A stretch of 59,937 bases of DNA, counting the filler, from Sphacelaria rigidula (Eukaryota), in assembly GCA_964200075.2 (NCBI GenBank). It is 9 parts of 9 records of this genome, joined end to end, with 100 filler letters (N's around TTAATTAATTAA, not from the genome) between each part and the next. Parts side by side here need not be neighbours in the genome. Positions count along the whole stretch, not along the records: positions 6,673 to 13,243 come from CAXNAA020019291.1; positions 13,344 to 19,914 come from CAXNAA020019292.1; positions 20,015 to 26,585 come from CAXNAA020019293.1; 6 more parts are not named here. One strand, 5' to 3'. The notes beneath the pieces are model-generated. The model was not told where the DNA came from. It did no database searches and was given only the letters and a program-made list of their open reading frames with translations. Each line of letters starts with the position of its first letter. Position 1 is the stretch's first letter. A program made the position numbers and the translations under genes. Shown piece by piece: positions 11,506-24,100 of this stretch.

Positions 11506-13548
11506 ATGTGGACGTACTTTGAAAAACCGGACTGTTTTGTTTCCGTAGCTGTTCCGAGTTTGGGTACATAACAACATGTTGTTACCGTGTGTGACCCGCT
11601 CTCGGCAGACGCTCTGCAGACGGGAGTCAGTAGAGTAGAGCAACGAAAGCTCAAGATTGCAGCTGGCGCACCCCTCCGCACCACGCTAGCAACAGTTAGG
11701 TCGCCACCATAGGTATCCTTTTTCACTCCTCATGTCAAAAAGGTCTCCACAAGTGTTTGATCTCTCTCTCACACACACACAAACTGGCCTCTGGCAGGCT
11801 GTTGTGGTCGGGCGTCACGATGGTTAGGTATGTCAGGGGGAAATCAACGATGAATAACACCCCTCCAAGTTCAAATATGATTATCTGTTATTTTTGCCGC
11901 AGCGAACCGTCCTTGCTGGCATGTGTGTGACAGAGAACAGTAGTAGCGGTGACGGGAACATTGCCTTGTTTTTCAGCTCACAGAGGCGCGTCCTGTCCAA
12001 ACCGAGAGGCAGAGAGAAATCGATCTTCGCATTGGTGACCTCCATCGACAAGAAGAGACGAAATCTCTCCGCAGCTCGATGTTTTATGGGGATACCTACT
12101 GGCACATGAGAAATTTGGTACGTGCTGGTAACATGCATGATGCCAGTCTCTCGAGCAATTGGTAATCGCCCAGCGAGGGCACACAAAGGACACGGGCGAG
12201 GAGCTTCCTCTCTGTCGTTGCTTCTCTCTCTGGTGATATCGTCGTCGACACGCGTGTACACCGCAATCGTTCGATGCATTAAGCCACAGCTGATGATTCA
12301 CAGTTGCAGAGTTTGGGGGGGAAAGATGGTTTCGCTCTGTGTTACTGTTTCGCGTCATCCCTGCAAACCATATATGCCAGTTGAACCTCATTTTTGAGAT
12401 CGACCCCATTTTCCAGGATCCGCTGTTACATGGCTTACCTCATGCACGAGACTTGGACCGGTCCGCTGTCGCTAGCGTGTGAAGTTGCTCGTTGCATCCG
12501 TGGGGTTTATACCTCTTCTCTCATTATCTTTCCATTTCTCTTCACCAAATCACCTCATTCCATACCCCATGTAGACCCATATGAATCCGATATCAAGCCT
12601 GAGCTGACATGAATTAAATTCGGGTGGGTGGTACATGCGTGCCACACCACGAAATAAGGTTAGGAATGCATCATATTACACAATCCGATGAAACGCCTCC
12701 TGTACGGAATACTCCAACATTCCTACATTCCGGTCATTCCGCCAACATAATCCTTGTATTATAACCATGCAATCCAACATACACTCAGTTTCCTACATAT
12801 CATCCTTATCCTCACGATTGAGTGTAGGCATACTCGATCATACTAGTCAAATCGGTAGCGTGTCGTGCCGAAAGGGTATCCTTGCCCACGAACACATTAT
12901 TTTACAAGTTGGGGATGGATCTTTTATTGGGGATGAACACCCGGAGGATTAAAATATTCGTATCAACACCAAATCTTCGAAGTATGCTTCCATTATTTAA
13001 CTCGCTGGTAGCTATTAACAGCCTGGAATCGTGATTGAGGTTAAACATTCTTATGAGGATCAACGGACCATCGAAGTTCATTTATTTTGTTCACAAGGCT
13101 CGGGACTCGCAACCGGTTGCGCCCATGTGCCCCTAACCCAGAAGTTTCCGCGCGCGGCAGCGAAAGCATTGTGGTGAGCAGTCCAACAAAACAAACGCCG
13201 TCTCTCATTATCCTGCATCTTTTGAGCAACCCCTGGGTCTGAGNNNNNNNNNNNNNNNNNNNNNNNNNNNNNNNNNNNNNNNNNNNNTTAATTAATTAAN
13301 NNNNNNNNNNNNNNNNNNNNNNNNNNNNNNNNNNNNNNNNNNNAAGCGCCTCGCATGGGCACTACTGGCGAAACAACCCCAAGCGTAGGACTACCCCTCA
13401 CCCCCGTCTTGTGTGTCTGCAGCTTTATTTTGGGGCATCCATGTTATCGACTGTAGGGTCAGCAAATCGGCTGTTAGATTCACCGAACCCCGAACGCCGG
13501 CAAATCGAATCTAAGGGACACAGAAAGGCCGACAAAAAAAGCGCTGTG

Positions 13549-13801
13549 GATCAATGCTACGGTAGGGGTGCATGTTTTGCGCGAAATCTTGTCTGGTTCA
13601 GGGGCTTCTAACAGGTCTAGATACCCAAGGATATGGGTCAGGGCATCCCCGTTTGCAAATTCATTCGGGATATCCCCAGCACATTGAAGTAGTAATCCTG
13701 GCGTACTCTCACATATCTTCATAAGTAGTGTTTTGCATTAGATGAGAGTTCCTGACAGTTCTGACCCCAGAAAAAATTGTGCATCCCTACCGTAGCATCA
13801 C
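13549..13801. mobile_element. MITE related to the GAG-terminus family
   Basis: TIRs ATGCTACGGTAGGGGTGCA and TGCATCCCTACCGTAGCAT, flanked by TGTG on both sides (13545-48 and 13802-05). Confidence 0.7.
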
Positions 13802-14026
13802 TGTGCGGAAGTCTGCAAACAGGCAACAGCAAACAGGGGAACGGTGATGGAAAATCATTGCACTACCTGATCAACCTCACATTATAATGTGTTTTGCGCA
13901 GTACAGTCACACATATTAGACACATGCAGTGACATGGTCGAAAGAAAACTGTAGCACGAAGGAAACTAAGACGCTCTTCTTGCGTTCTGGTGTCTTCTGT
14001 GTTCACCGTGTATGCATGTAAAGTTG

Positions 14027-14083
14027 AATTTTCCGTTTTTCCGAATCAATTTTCCGTTTTTCCGAATCAATTTTCCGTTTTTC
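14027..14083. repeat. Short tandem repeat, 21-bp unit AATTTTCCGTTTTTCCGAATC, ~2.7 copies
   Basis: Directly visible. Confidence 0.85.
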
Positions 14084-14377
14084 ATATTCAAAGTGTCAGA
14101 TATACCTCAGGGTTCCGCGTATTGCCTATTTCGCGCATACTTTCAGGCACTGACAGCTTGGATCGAAGGTCGAATCTAGCCCTCGTCGAAGGTGAACGGT
14201 GATGCGAAAACATTGCACCATCTCATCAAGCTTTCGAAAATGAAAAATGTGGTAGGGTGACGTGGAGCTGAAGGGGTTTGTGAAGTGTACTGCTTCAAGA
14301 GTAGGTCTAATTGTCCCGCTTGCACGGGAGCGTTCACACGTAATCGTAGTTCGACATATATGTTCGGAACATAATTT

Positions 14378-14575
14378 ATTGATTGATTGATTGATCGATT
14401 GATTGTCGCACTTTAACTGACCCCCCAGGGGTCATGGTCCAGCCGTGGTTTCATGATAGACGTACCCAACAAAAACGAAACTGAAACACGCTCTGAGAAA
14501 AAACAGAAGTAACAGTGAAAAAAAAAGGGGTAGAACAGAACGATATAGCAGACTAAGTCGTGACAATAAAAAAAG
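14378..14575 (-). mobile_element. LINE/SINE 3' end with (CAAT)n tail
   Basis: Shared motif CGTCTATCATG...GACCCCTGGGG..TCAGTTAAAGTGCGACAATCAATC. Other copies at 15340-15577(+), 16730-16798(+), 16993-17200(-), 29255-29418(+), 54183-54227(+), 55404-55463(-) and 59555-59670(-). All are 5'-truncated to different lengths. Confidence 0.85.
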
Positions 14576-15339
14576 GTAATAATATGACCGCTTTTCCCTC
14601 TAGTGCGCACTGCTGCAGCGCACTGCACCAGGTATAGCAACGTGGAACGGGAACTGTTGACTGTGGTTCGCACAACATGTCAGCGGAGTTTCAGCGCCTC
14701 GCAGCGGCTACAGCGCGCGTAGGGCCGTGCATCATGAACTGCGCAGCTCTACAGGCTGTATGCCGGTCGGTGCACTACAGATGGTCATAATCCCAGCAAG
14801 GGTCGCAGTGCAGACCGATTTCAGTTTGCTACCACATCGGCCGCCCAGCCGCTCAACATATCTACGTTTGTGCATCTGCGTCTTCATATATGCATTCGCC
14901 TGTAGTGCGCAAAGTCTGGGCTGCTGTATAGCCGATTTGAGGGCGCATGGACGGCATTTCCCGAAATCGCTTGTGGCCATCTTGTAGGAAAGTCTGGGGT
15001 CCCATCGCGCGGATGCTTCGCGCATATGCTGTCTGTGTTGTGTCTGACAAGCGTGCAAAGTTTCATGACGGAACTCGCAGTCTCAGGCGAGAAATCAACG
15101 AGCAAAGTTGCACTGGAAATTGGGAGTTCACCGTAGGAAAGTATCCAAATAAACACGAGATGCGGTTCCGCCCTGGTTACGCCGCAAACCAGATGCGGTT
15201 ACGCAGTATTACGGTTCGGGTACTGTCTGTAGACCTGATACTGCATGATCGTATTATACTGCACTTTGTAGTGCTCATGACGGAGTCTTCAAATTTCAAA
15301 CCTTTTAAAATTTATTTGCTCGGTACTTTCCTCTTTCCC

Positions 15340-15577
15340 TTTTTTTTTGTTTTATGTCCGCCATTTCTTTCTATGCTTTGCTTATGTTGACTTTTTATTA
15401 CTTTGTTTTGTTACGACTTAGTCTGCTATGTCGTTCTGTTCGACTTTTTTTTTTTCTGTTCCTTTTTTTTTCAGAGCGTGTTTCAGTTTGGTTTTTGTTG
15501 GGTACGTCTATCATGAGACCACGGCTGGACCATGACCCCTGGGGTGTCAGTTAAAGTGCGACAATCAATCAATCAAT
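15340..15577 (+). mobile_element. LINE/SINE 3' end with (CAAT)n tail
   Basis: Inverted homologue of 14378-14575. Confidence 0.85.
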
Positions 15578-16429
15578 TAAAAAAAAGGCATCAGCTGCGC
15601 GGCCAGACGTGGATACAAACAATCGTGCCGTTCTCGTTTTCTTCGAAAGCAATCGAGATGCTCCTTTTTCACGCGGACTGCACACTCCATATACTACACC
15701 CCAGGCGTGGTGATGCGCTGGAACGCGAAGCGTGGTCGCCGCCTATCGTCGTACAACCGGACCCACAAGGCACCCGTACCGAGCAACACCATGCACACCA
15801 CCGAACGCGGGAATGATCACGTTCTCAGCCTGCAACTTATGCCGACGATCCAGCCTCGAACATAGCTTTTCAGATATGTCCCGTGTTGGGCCGTAGGTCC
15901 TTCCTCGGGGGCACCTCGCCCGTGTGAACTACACCTGGTTTGCAAATGATCCCAGCTGATAATTTGTACAATGACTCTTGTATGCGACAATCGGCCCACA
16001 TTTGACTTCTTTTTTTTTCTTTTGGCGCAACACTGCTGCCGGGTTGAATTTGGATCCCCGTACTGGGCAAACTTTAGCAGGTGCGGGGTTGAGGCTGGAG
16101 TCCAGCACTGTCGTCATGGCCCACTGGATTGGTGGTGTGTTGCATCATCGCTGACTCAAAACACACTATTTTTTGGATCATGCCACGCTTCCGTACGCGT
16201 AGCTGTGTCGTTTGGTGACCAGTTGGGATTGGCTTACCCCGACATAGCCATCCCCAGTTGGTTGGTGGTCAGAGGGCATAAAACAAGCTGTACGGGTCCG
16301 TCCACCTGTTGTACATCTGCGCCAAGATTTCCCTATCGAAAACATCGCTACAGTATGTAGTGGCACACTTGAGAGTCGGTAGAACATACTGTACACGAGA
16401 ATATATATATATATATATATCTTTCCTTG

Positions 16430-16798
16430 ACGGGAGGAGGAAACCCAGGCCAACACTTACCCCGCAAGCGAGTTTCGCAAGCGAGTTCGTGCGCCGATTA
16501 CCCGAAGGCTGGGCTAGACCACCTCGCGGCAGTCATGTGGGGAAGGCCCCTCAAGCGGGTGGCTCAAGGCAGTGTGGGGGATGCTCCCACTAAAACCCCC
16601 TAATTAATATCGACTTGGCGCAGTACACGCGCCGCCCTACTCCTAGGAGCTTCGACCCTAGAATAACTCGGGAGCAAAGTGCAAAGTGCAAGGCAATAGC
16701 CGGAGGGATAGTGTATCGTGTGGATAATAACCACGATTGGATCATGACTCCTGGGGGATCAGTTTTATGTGCGATCATCGACCAATCAAATCAATCAA
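16430..16798 (+). mobile_element. Short non-autonomous retroposon: structured 5' region joined to the LINE-family (CAAT)n 3' tail
   Basis: The 3' end matches the dispersed tail family. The 5' part contains an HDV-like ribozyme pattern. The left boundary is approximate. Confidence 0.55.
16491..16598 (+). ncRNA. Candidate degenerate HDV-like self-cleaving ribozyme
   Basis: Elements occur in the order P1(16491-99), P2(16511-15), P3 ACC, L3 ACCTCGC, P3' GGC, P1' AGTCATGT, GG, P4 hairpin, C16590-TAA, P2' AACCC. Several pairs are mismatched. Confidence 0.4.
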
Positions 16799-16849
16799 GG
16801 TAGGTAAGTTGATTGCTTGAGACAATGTAGTCGTTCCAAGGAACGAAGA

Positions 16850-16965
16850 AGGGCGCGGGGGCGGGGGGGGGGGGGGAGAAAACATTTGTTGCTTGCCTTA
16901 GTCGTTTGACCATTGACCACGCATCCCTTTCGAGACGGAGAATGAAGGGCGCGGGGTGGAGGGGG
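16850..16965 (-). repeat. Dispersed repeat family (core GATGCGTGGTCAATGGTCAAACGACTAAGGCAAGCAACAAATG, flanked by C/G runs)
   Basis: Copies at 20015-20062, 29655-29739, 39862-39927, 40028-40085 and 47690-47825. Several sit at contig ends. Confidence 0.8.
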
Positions 16966-16992
16966 GAGTTAGAATTAAGATGGAAACATCAT

Positions 16993-17200
16993 GATGGATG
17001 GATGGATTGTTTGATTGTCGCACGTTAACTGATCCTCCAGGGGTCATGATCCCGCCATGGTCACATGATAGACGTACCCAAGAAAAAACAAAACTAAAGC
17101 ACTCGCTGAAGAAGAAAGAACAAAACAAAAGTCGAACAGAACGACATATTAATAGTCGATTAAGACGTCAATATATAAAAAATAAAAGTCAACAAAAGCA
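16993..17200 (-). mobile_element. LINE/SINE 3' end with microsatellite tail
   Basis: GATTGTCGCACGTTAACTGATCCTCCAGGGGTCATG...ATGATAGACGTACC matches the tail family. Confidence 0.8.
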
Positions 17201-17235
17201 CGTGGTAAGGCTACTTCTTGTGTATCAAAAAAATT

Positions 17236-18422
17236 CTATCAGAAAACGCGTTTTCTGATAAATGACCAAAAACCCACTTATTATGTGATCAGAAAACGCG
17301 TTTTCTGATATGAAATTTCTGATAACATTTTCCGATAGCCCAGAGTTATAAAAAAATCAGGATTTTCCGATAACCACGGGCTATCGAAAAACGTTATTGA
17401 AAAAGCGTTTGAACCTCGTTCGAACACGTTTGAACACGCATTACAGCCCACGACAGCACCTGTGACGGCTTGGCTGCCATCACTACTACTACTGCTATCG
17501 TTGGTGCCCGCGGGCATTCAGCGTATTGCATCATTGTCCTTCCCTCGCCAGTAGCGTTGCGGGCCTTTACCTCATGAGAACAGCAGAGGGCACGGTCGAT
17601 GGCGACTGCTGTACAGACACGACAGTCTATGCTGTATGTCGTCCGAACAGTATCGTAGCTCAGTTCATGTCTGTGCATGCAGCGTGTTGTCAACAACAGC
17701 CGTCGCAATGCTTTACAGACTGCCCACGCACCTAAGCCTTGTAGAGACAGGACCGGACTGACAGTACACACGAGACTATGAGATTTGTAGTGCTACTACT
17801 GTTGTGGTAAATCCAACGCATACAACACAACAGCAGTGTCTGTACTGTACAGTGCAGCGAACTTGCAGCTCAGATGAGGTCTGTGCATGCAGCTTTTTGC
17901 GAATAGATGTCGCTTTGCAGTACAGACTGCCTACGCACCTAAGCCTTGTAGATACAGGACCGTACTGACAGTACACACAAGACTATGAACAGTGCTACTG
18001 TCTGTTGTAGTAATACAGCCGATGCATGCAATACAGTACTGTTGTTGTGTGTACCGTTGTCCGTGCTGTCGTTTCAGTCCAGTACTACCGTGCAGTGAAA
18101 AAACACAACCGTCACTTGTACAGTCAGTTGGTACAGCAAGGCGGTGTTCTTATTGATGGTCTTGCGTCACGCAGCCCACCATGTATCGCTCAGGCAATAT
18201 ATCATAGTAGTACAGCCAGTCAGTACGGACCGTACACCACGACAGGACAGCAGAGTACTGCGTCTCTCTCGCGCGCCCCAGAGTTTGAAACCATGCCTGC
18301 ACACCTCATGGAAAATGATGGATACTGTCTTTTCAATGTTGATAGTGCGTCGATCACGTAAGAAGGGCTAGTCTGAAAATTTCTGTTGGAAACCGTGTTG
18401 TTGAAAAAGGGCTTTTCTGACA
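17236..18422. mobile_element. Probable non-autonomous DNA element with palindromic subtermini and an internal ~190-bp duplication
   Basis: The palindrome ATCAGAAAACGCGTTTTCTGAT occurs twice (17238, 17288). Direct repeat ~17690-17810 / ~17880-18010. Degenerate right end near 18370-18422. Confidence 0.45.
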
Positions 18423-19330
18423 AGGTGTTTTTCGATACATACGAAGTAGCCTAAGACGAAAATGCTTGCGTTTTTGTCTGCATTCCCGTCGCCGCACTCT
18501 TGCAGGTACTTCACGTCTGCGCTGCCTCGAGCTCTTTCCGGTGCGGCGTTACTGGTGCCGGTTGGGCTTCTCAGAGATCCCACCCGTCCGCTCGAAACTT
18601 TCCGCCGACCATCAGTCGGTGTGGACACTACGGTGAGCCCTTGCGCACGTTGTACAGTAGTCGACAATTTGAGCATCACACGAGCAACGCGTTCTTAGGT
18701 GAGCGCAACATCATTTGAGAACGTTTGAGATGTTTCTCTGAGCTGAGCAGATATAATAGATGTCCGGCTATTTCGGTATTTTCGGTCTGTATCTCTTTTT
18801 TGGGGTCCGGCACATCTATCCCGTTTCGGGGCATCATTTGGTTTGGATGATGTTGTCCGGAACGTAAGTGCCGACCGAGGACGTCCGAAAAGTAACCTCT
18901 ATGTAGTCCATCGGGCAGTACACTCGCTGGTACACCTGCCACCTTTTCCCGAAGAGCGGTGGTAGTCGTCTATGAGGGTGCCTGGGGTTGTTTTTGGTTT
19001 GAACCGTAACGGTAGCCATGCTAATCTCCTTGTGTCACCTGTCTTCTATTGTTTTGCCCTTTAGTATCTTCTCTCTTCCTTGCCTTCGATGTACGTTTTT
19101 GGAAGATCTGGTGTTGTTTGTTTGCTTGTTTGTTTTTTCTTCCTTTTTTCTCTCCGTTGAACTCGGGGGGGCTACTCACAGGTTTTCGCGGCGTTTCTCT
19201 CCTCATTTTTACTTTTGGTGATATGTTTTGTAAGGAAAAGCAGGGACGGTATAGGATAGGCGAGCCTGCGTCTGACGGGTTCGCGAGATCAGACGAATGT
19301 ACGGAACTAACGATGATTAAAACAATAATA

Positions 19331-19393
<63 letters not shown>

Positions 19394-19409
19394 CATTATT
19401 ATTATTATC
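19331..19409. repeat. (TAT)n microsatellite
   Basis: Directly visible, ~26 units with two CAT variants. Confidence 0.97.
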
Positions 19410-22400
19410 ATAAAATTAATAAAAATAGTAAAAATAATAACAATTAAAAGGGTCGCAGACGGCGATATAAAACGTTTTTGTGAGACACGACGCAGACCTA
19501 AAAGGAGGGAAGAACAGCAATCAAAGCGTTACACTTGAGCTAGATCGTGTATATGGGAACTCGAAGTGGCGACCTACATCGCCCGTGCAATACTGGATGT
19601 GGAACTTTGTCGTGCCACCACGGCTGTATCTCCGGGGGATCTGTTACTATGCGACAGACATTCATTGAAATATATTTCCGGTCGATGAACGATCGCTGAT
19701 CATTCGTGCGTGTGTATGTTTTCGGACGTGCATGGTCAGCAAGCTCCGGGGCCCGTTTGATTCCGCACGTGGTCACCACCGTAGGGCTCACAGAGAAACC
19801 TCACCTCAACTTCTTTTTTTTTATAACTCGGAAAAAAAATGACTCGTTGATATATTCGCCCCAATTCCCCCCCCCCCCCCCCCCCTCGTTTTCTGTTGCG
19901 TTACGATGAATTCANNNNNNNNNNNNNNNNNNNNNNNNNNNNNNNNNNNNNNNNNNNNTTAATTAATTAANNNNNNNNNNNNNNNNNNNNNNNNNNNNNN
20001 NNNNNNNNNNNNNNTCAAACGCCTAAGGCAGGCAACAAATGAGTACCCCCCCCCCCCCCCCGGCGTGATCAATCTTGGATGCATAGGTATATTTTGGGAA
20101 GCCTTATGCATATACTATTTGTAGAGCGTGCATGGTTCCCCGCATACAAACATGTAGAGGGAACACGTTGAGCAAGAATGTACTGTTCGAAATTCCCATG
20201 CTTCCCCGGCGGGTTAATCAATAATTATTGCATCACAGTATAGTATAGCTTGACGAGCTTGTGTGATTTACATTGGGTGCAATTGAATCGATTTAATTCT
20301 GGCGAGCCAACAAAATATAGTACTACTGCGTGTGTCGTCCCATCCATTCTGGATGCCAATTTACACCTTTCATTTTATGTGGGCACACTAGCCGGAGTCT
20401 GAAAGGAGGGTCAACACAGGATTTGTTTTTGTTCCCTGTATGATTTTAGTACTCCACCTTCTGCGATGCTTGCGTATATGTTGTTTTTGAGAGGGAAGTT
20501 AAGCGCAGTCCCTTCCCCTGCTGGGGGGCCGCTCGTCGACCGTTAGGGCGGATTTTGTGTACCCACGACATAGTACTGTGAATTGTTTTTGACAAAAATA
20601 TGTTTTTACTGCGTTGCGAGGAAAGACGCATGAGTTTGTAGGGGAGGAATTTCATCTTTGATATGACGTATGTACGATGTTTTCGAAGATTTTTCGCTTT
20701 TTTGCATGAAATACAACGGACGACTTATTTCTGCGACTATTTTCTACCGCACGCGTGACCTGCCCCCGGTGCTGCGAGCCAATTTTTATGACGAGGCAAC
20801 TGCTTTCGAACCCAGGCGGATGTGCACAAAAGTGACGAAGCCCGGACCGCGACACACCGCAAGAAACAAACCGAAAACAGCGACCGCAGGCTGGGCGACG
20901 ACAACGCAACCGCTTGGGGGACTAAGCAGAAGCCAGGGCGCAGGAACCAAACACGCTTTGGCATTCAGGTTGTAATCATTTGATTTCTTCGAGAGTTTGG
21001 ATTTGATTCGGAATATTTTCGTCTCGTTGTTTACAGCAACGTGACATGCCAACCACGTCAAACGTCCCGTGGTAGCATTTTTTTTGTTTGATTGTTCTAG
21101 TTTTTGTTCCCTACGCCCTACGAAGTACTACCGTAGTGTGGTTATGATTTTTTTTTACTCAATCCTTCACACGATTGCAATGATTTTGAAATTATCGAGA
21201 AAGAAAATGTTGGGGGGGGGATTTGACGATTTCATACCATGATTCTCTTTTCGGGTAATATGAAAAGAAGGAAAAATCATGTTGTGATGGGGTGATCCAC
21301 GGCGGATTATTTTGGACAATTTGATTCGTCGGTTATGGATTTCGAGAGGGAGTTTGATATTTTGCGATACGCGCTAGAATATTTTCGACAAAGTGACTCG
21401 CCGGCTCTGGACTTTGGGTTGGACATTTTCAAATGCGGAAAGAACACGGCGTGGATTCAACCTCGAGTATACTTCCGAGAGTAGAACGTTGTTTAGTCTT
21501 GGGTATCACTAAACAATGGACTATCCACCCGCCGTTAAACATGCGGGACTGACTATGCACCAGGATATTCACGAGAATTGACTCTGGGGTCATCGATGTT
21601 ATGTTTTCATGTACTACCTGGAAGCAATACCCCCTGCAAATCAATATGTAACATTGAGGGGGGAGGGGGCGTTTTAATACGGAGCAATTTATATCATGCT
21701 CTCTCCAGGGTGTGGCGTTTACTCAAGGAGTAATATCCGTCCTGATATATTTTGGGTGATAGTCCTGTTTATGCAGAGTAACTCCTAATTTGACTTCTTT
21801 GCATGCACTTGGACTGTGGTGTACAGGGGTTGATTGTTTTGTGAAAGAGAAAATATTCTAAGAGTGGGACGATGAGTTTGACGATTTTGGGAATATATCG
21901 GGCCGGATGACGAGCGAAATTTGCATCAAAGATCAGTAATTCGAAATGAAGTGGACTGATCAACCGCTAATTTTGGTAACAATATTTTTAGTGCTTACAG
22001 AGTTTGGTTTTATGTTCCGATTTTCTCCCTGATGGAATATAAGCAGTACAAGTCTCTGGGGTCTATGAAGTGAACGAGGTTCGAAAGAGATGTTTTTCGT
22101 GTTCTGACATGAAGGGGTCCAAGCTTGCAGGTGTTCACTGATGTGGGTTATATAAACTATTCTAGGCAGTTGATAGATGGTCGACATCAGGGAGGCTAAT
22201 GATGTTTCGAAAGTGACTCGCTGTCTTGTTTTTCTAGGATACAGAGTGGTACGAACAGAAGCAGGTCTTGTGTTCTTATGTTGGGACAGATGGGAAATCT
22301 ATATATTTTTGTATTCGAGCATGCCTCTAGTTTTAGCGATTTGAACTTGAATTGATTCGATTTGGACTTGAATTTTGTTCTCGAACTCGAGGGGAAGTGG

Positions 22401-23399
22401 TACACACACCACTACTGCAAGTTTTCATTTTGCAGTGTTTATTTTGCATACTATTTCGACGTGTCATGTTATTGTTCAGTGGAATGATGTCTCGGTCACT
22501 GAACATGTTGGCTGTAAACACTTGCCTGATGTAGACCGTGTTGTAGACGGTATGTTGAATCGAATTTCACATAGACAACAGCATCTTGTTGGCATGAGAA
22601 TAGTGCATCTTTGACAGATTCGAGTATTGGAAGATCGAGCGAGTTTCTCGAATGTCATCATGGTAACTGAGGGGTATGAAAACGGTGTCCACTGTACATT
22701 CTTTTGTGATTTCTTGTTGTTCGAAGATTTGGGAACTGGTAGTGATTGAGATTGATATACACACAAATTTTTTGTTTTGCGCTGACTGACGCAAATAATT
22801 GTTGAAATGGAGCATGAGTAGGATGCAAAGAACTGATAATATTCAGGATTTGAGCTTTCGATTGCTAAAGTAGACCTCTGTGCGTGGCTGAAAAGGTTTT
22901 TTCCTGACGGGATCGGGTTTTCTTTTTCTGTTTTTGGTAATATAGTGTTGGATTCATGTTCGAAAGAACATGAAATATTTTGCCGTTTTCAGAACGAGGG
23001 ACCATGTATTCAGGATAAACTATCAGTCCTAGAGCCGAAAGCAGGGAGGCTAATCGAGTATACTTAAGCTCAAGGATTGTAACAGTTCACCTGCCTGGAT
23101 GCAAGGGATATTGAGATTGAGATTGGATCATGACGTACAGGGGAAATACGAATAAGATATATAAATCTGTTATTCAAGGTATACCCGATATCATGGTTGC
23201 AGTAGGTATTTGACGGGGACATGCTTTCTTGCGTGGCGAAGAGATGGGATTATGACATGTCATGTTTGTATGAGCGCTTTCCCCAGGAATGACTACCCCA
23301 GCTCGTTCAGTGTGTGTGCGGTGTGCGAGCGGAGTGCATACATGTTGTTTTTATTTTTTACATGGAGAGTATAATATACACTTTTCTACTGGGTAATTA

Positions 23400-24100
23400 A
23401 TACATCAACGGAGATCCCACGACCCCTTTCAAACATGGACCCTTGCGCCGAGCACGTAATTCAGCCTTCAAGTGGGTGCACGGATGATTGGCTTCGTGCG
23501 CTGTCCGAGAAGTTGATTCGGCGTGAGTTTGGGTTATGTGACCGTGAGACCGAGGATCACGGGGAATCAGTCGTAGGCAACAGTGACTGACATACCACAA
23601 CAAGCTAGGCGGGTAGGCAGACAGTCCTCTCATGCATGTATCTATCCAGTTGCGGTGCGATAACACCTCGACCACCGCCGTGCAGCAAGCACGCACGCAT
23701 ACAGTACAAGTCACATCAATCCGACCAACCGCACATCCACTAGATAGTACCAGGTCGCGGTGTTGAACCCTCCGTGGTGTGGAGGTTTTCAAGCACGACT
23801 TCTGGCTCGAAGGCACGGAAAGTGCACCCTCCAAGGATCTTGGTGCTCTTGGTGCTGTAACGACATACTTGGATGACAACACCTTGTTCGGTGGTAAAAC
23901 CATGATTCCGGTGGTGTGGCCATCAGGTATTTTCGAGGTGTCGTGATTGAATATATCATAACCCGGGTATTATGATACACCGACACCGTACCATTCACGC
24001 ATCGTGTGTCGAGCATGCTGCACGAGAGAGCACCCGACAGGGCATTCAGTCGGTATCGACCTCAATGATTTCCTGCAGTACGATTGATTTCAGGGTGCTG
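23400..24100 (+). pseudogene. Highly decayed PIF1-type helicase fragment (possible Helitron remnant)
   Basis: Across frameshifts: LRGVEVFKHDFWLEGTESAPSKDLGALGAVTTYLDDNTLFGGKTMI resembles PIF1 motif II-III (IIWDE..M..K..L.ALD...FGGK). PDRAFSRY downstream resembles R..D..FA. Walker A is not intact. Confidence 0.4.

Noticed and set aside
19049..19447. ORF with a poly-Tyr tract
   Set aside because: The tract is just the translation of a (TAT)n microsatellite.
21150..23400. Penelope GIY-YIG element or phaeovirus insertion
   Set aside because: The composition is suggestive, but no convincing RT, GIY-YIG or viral motif could be read. It is left as unidentified.
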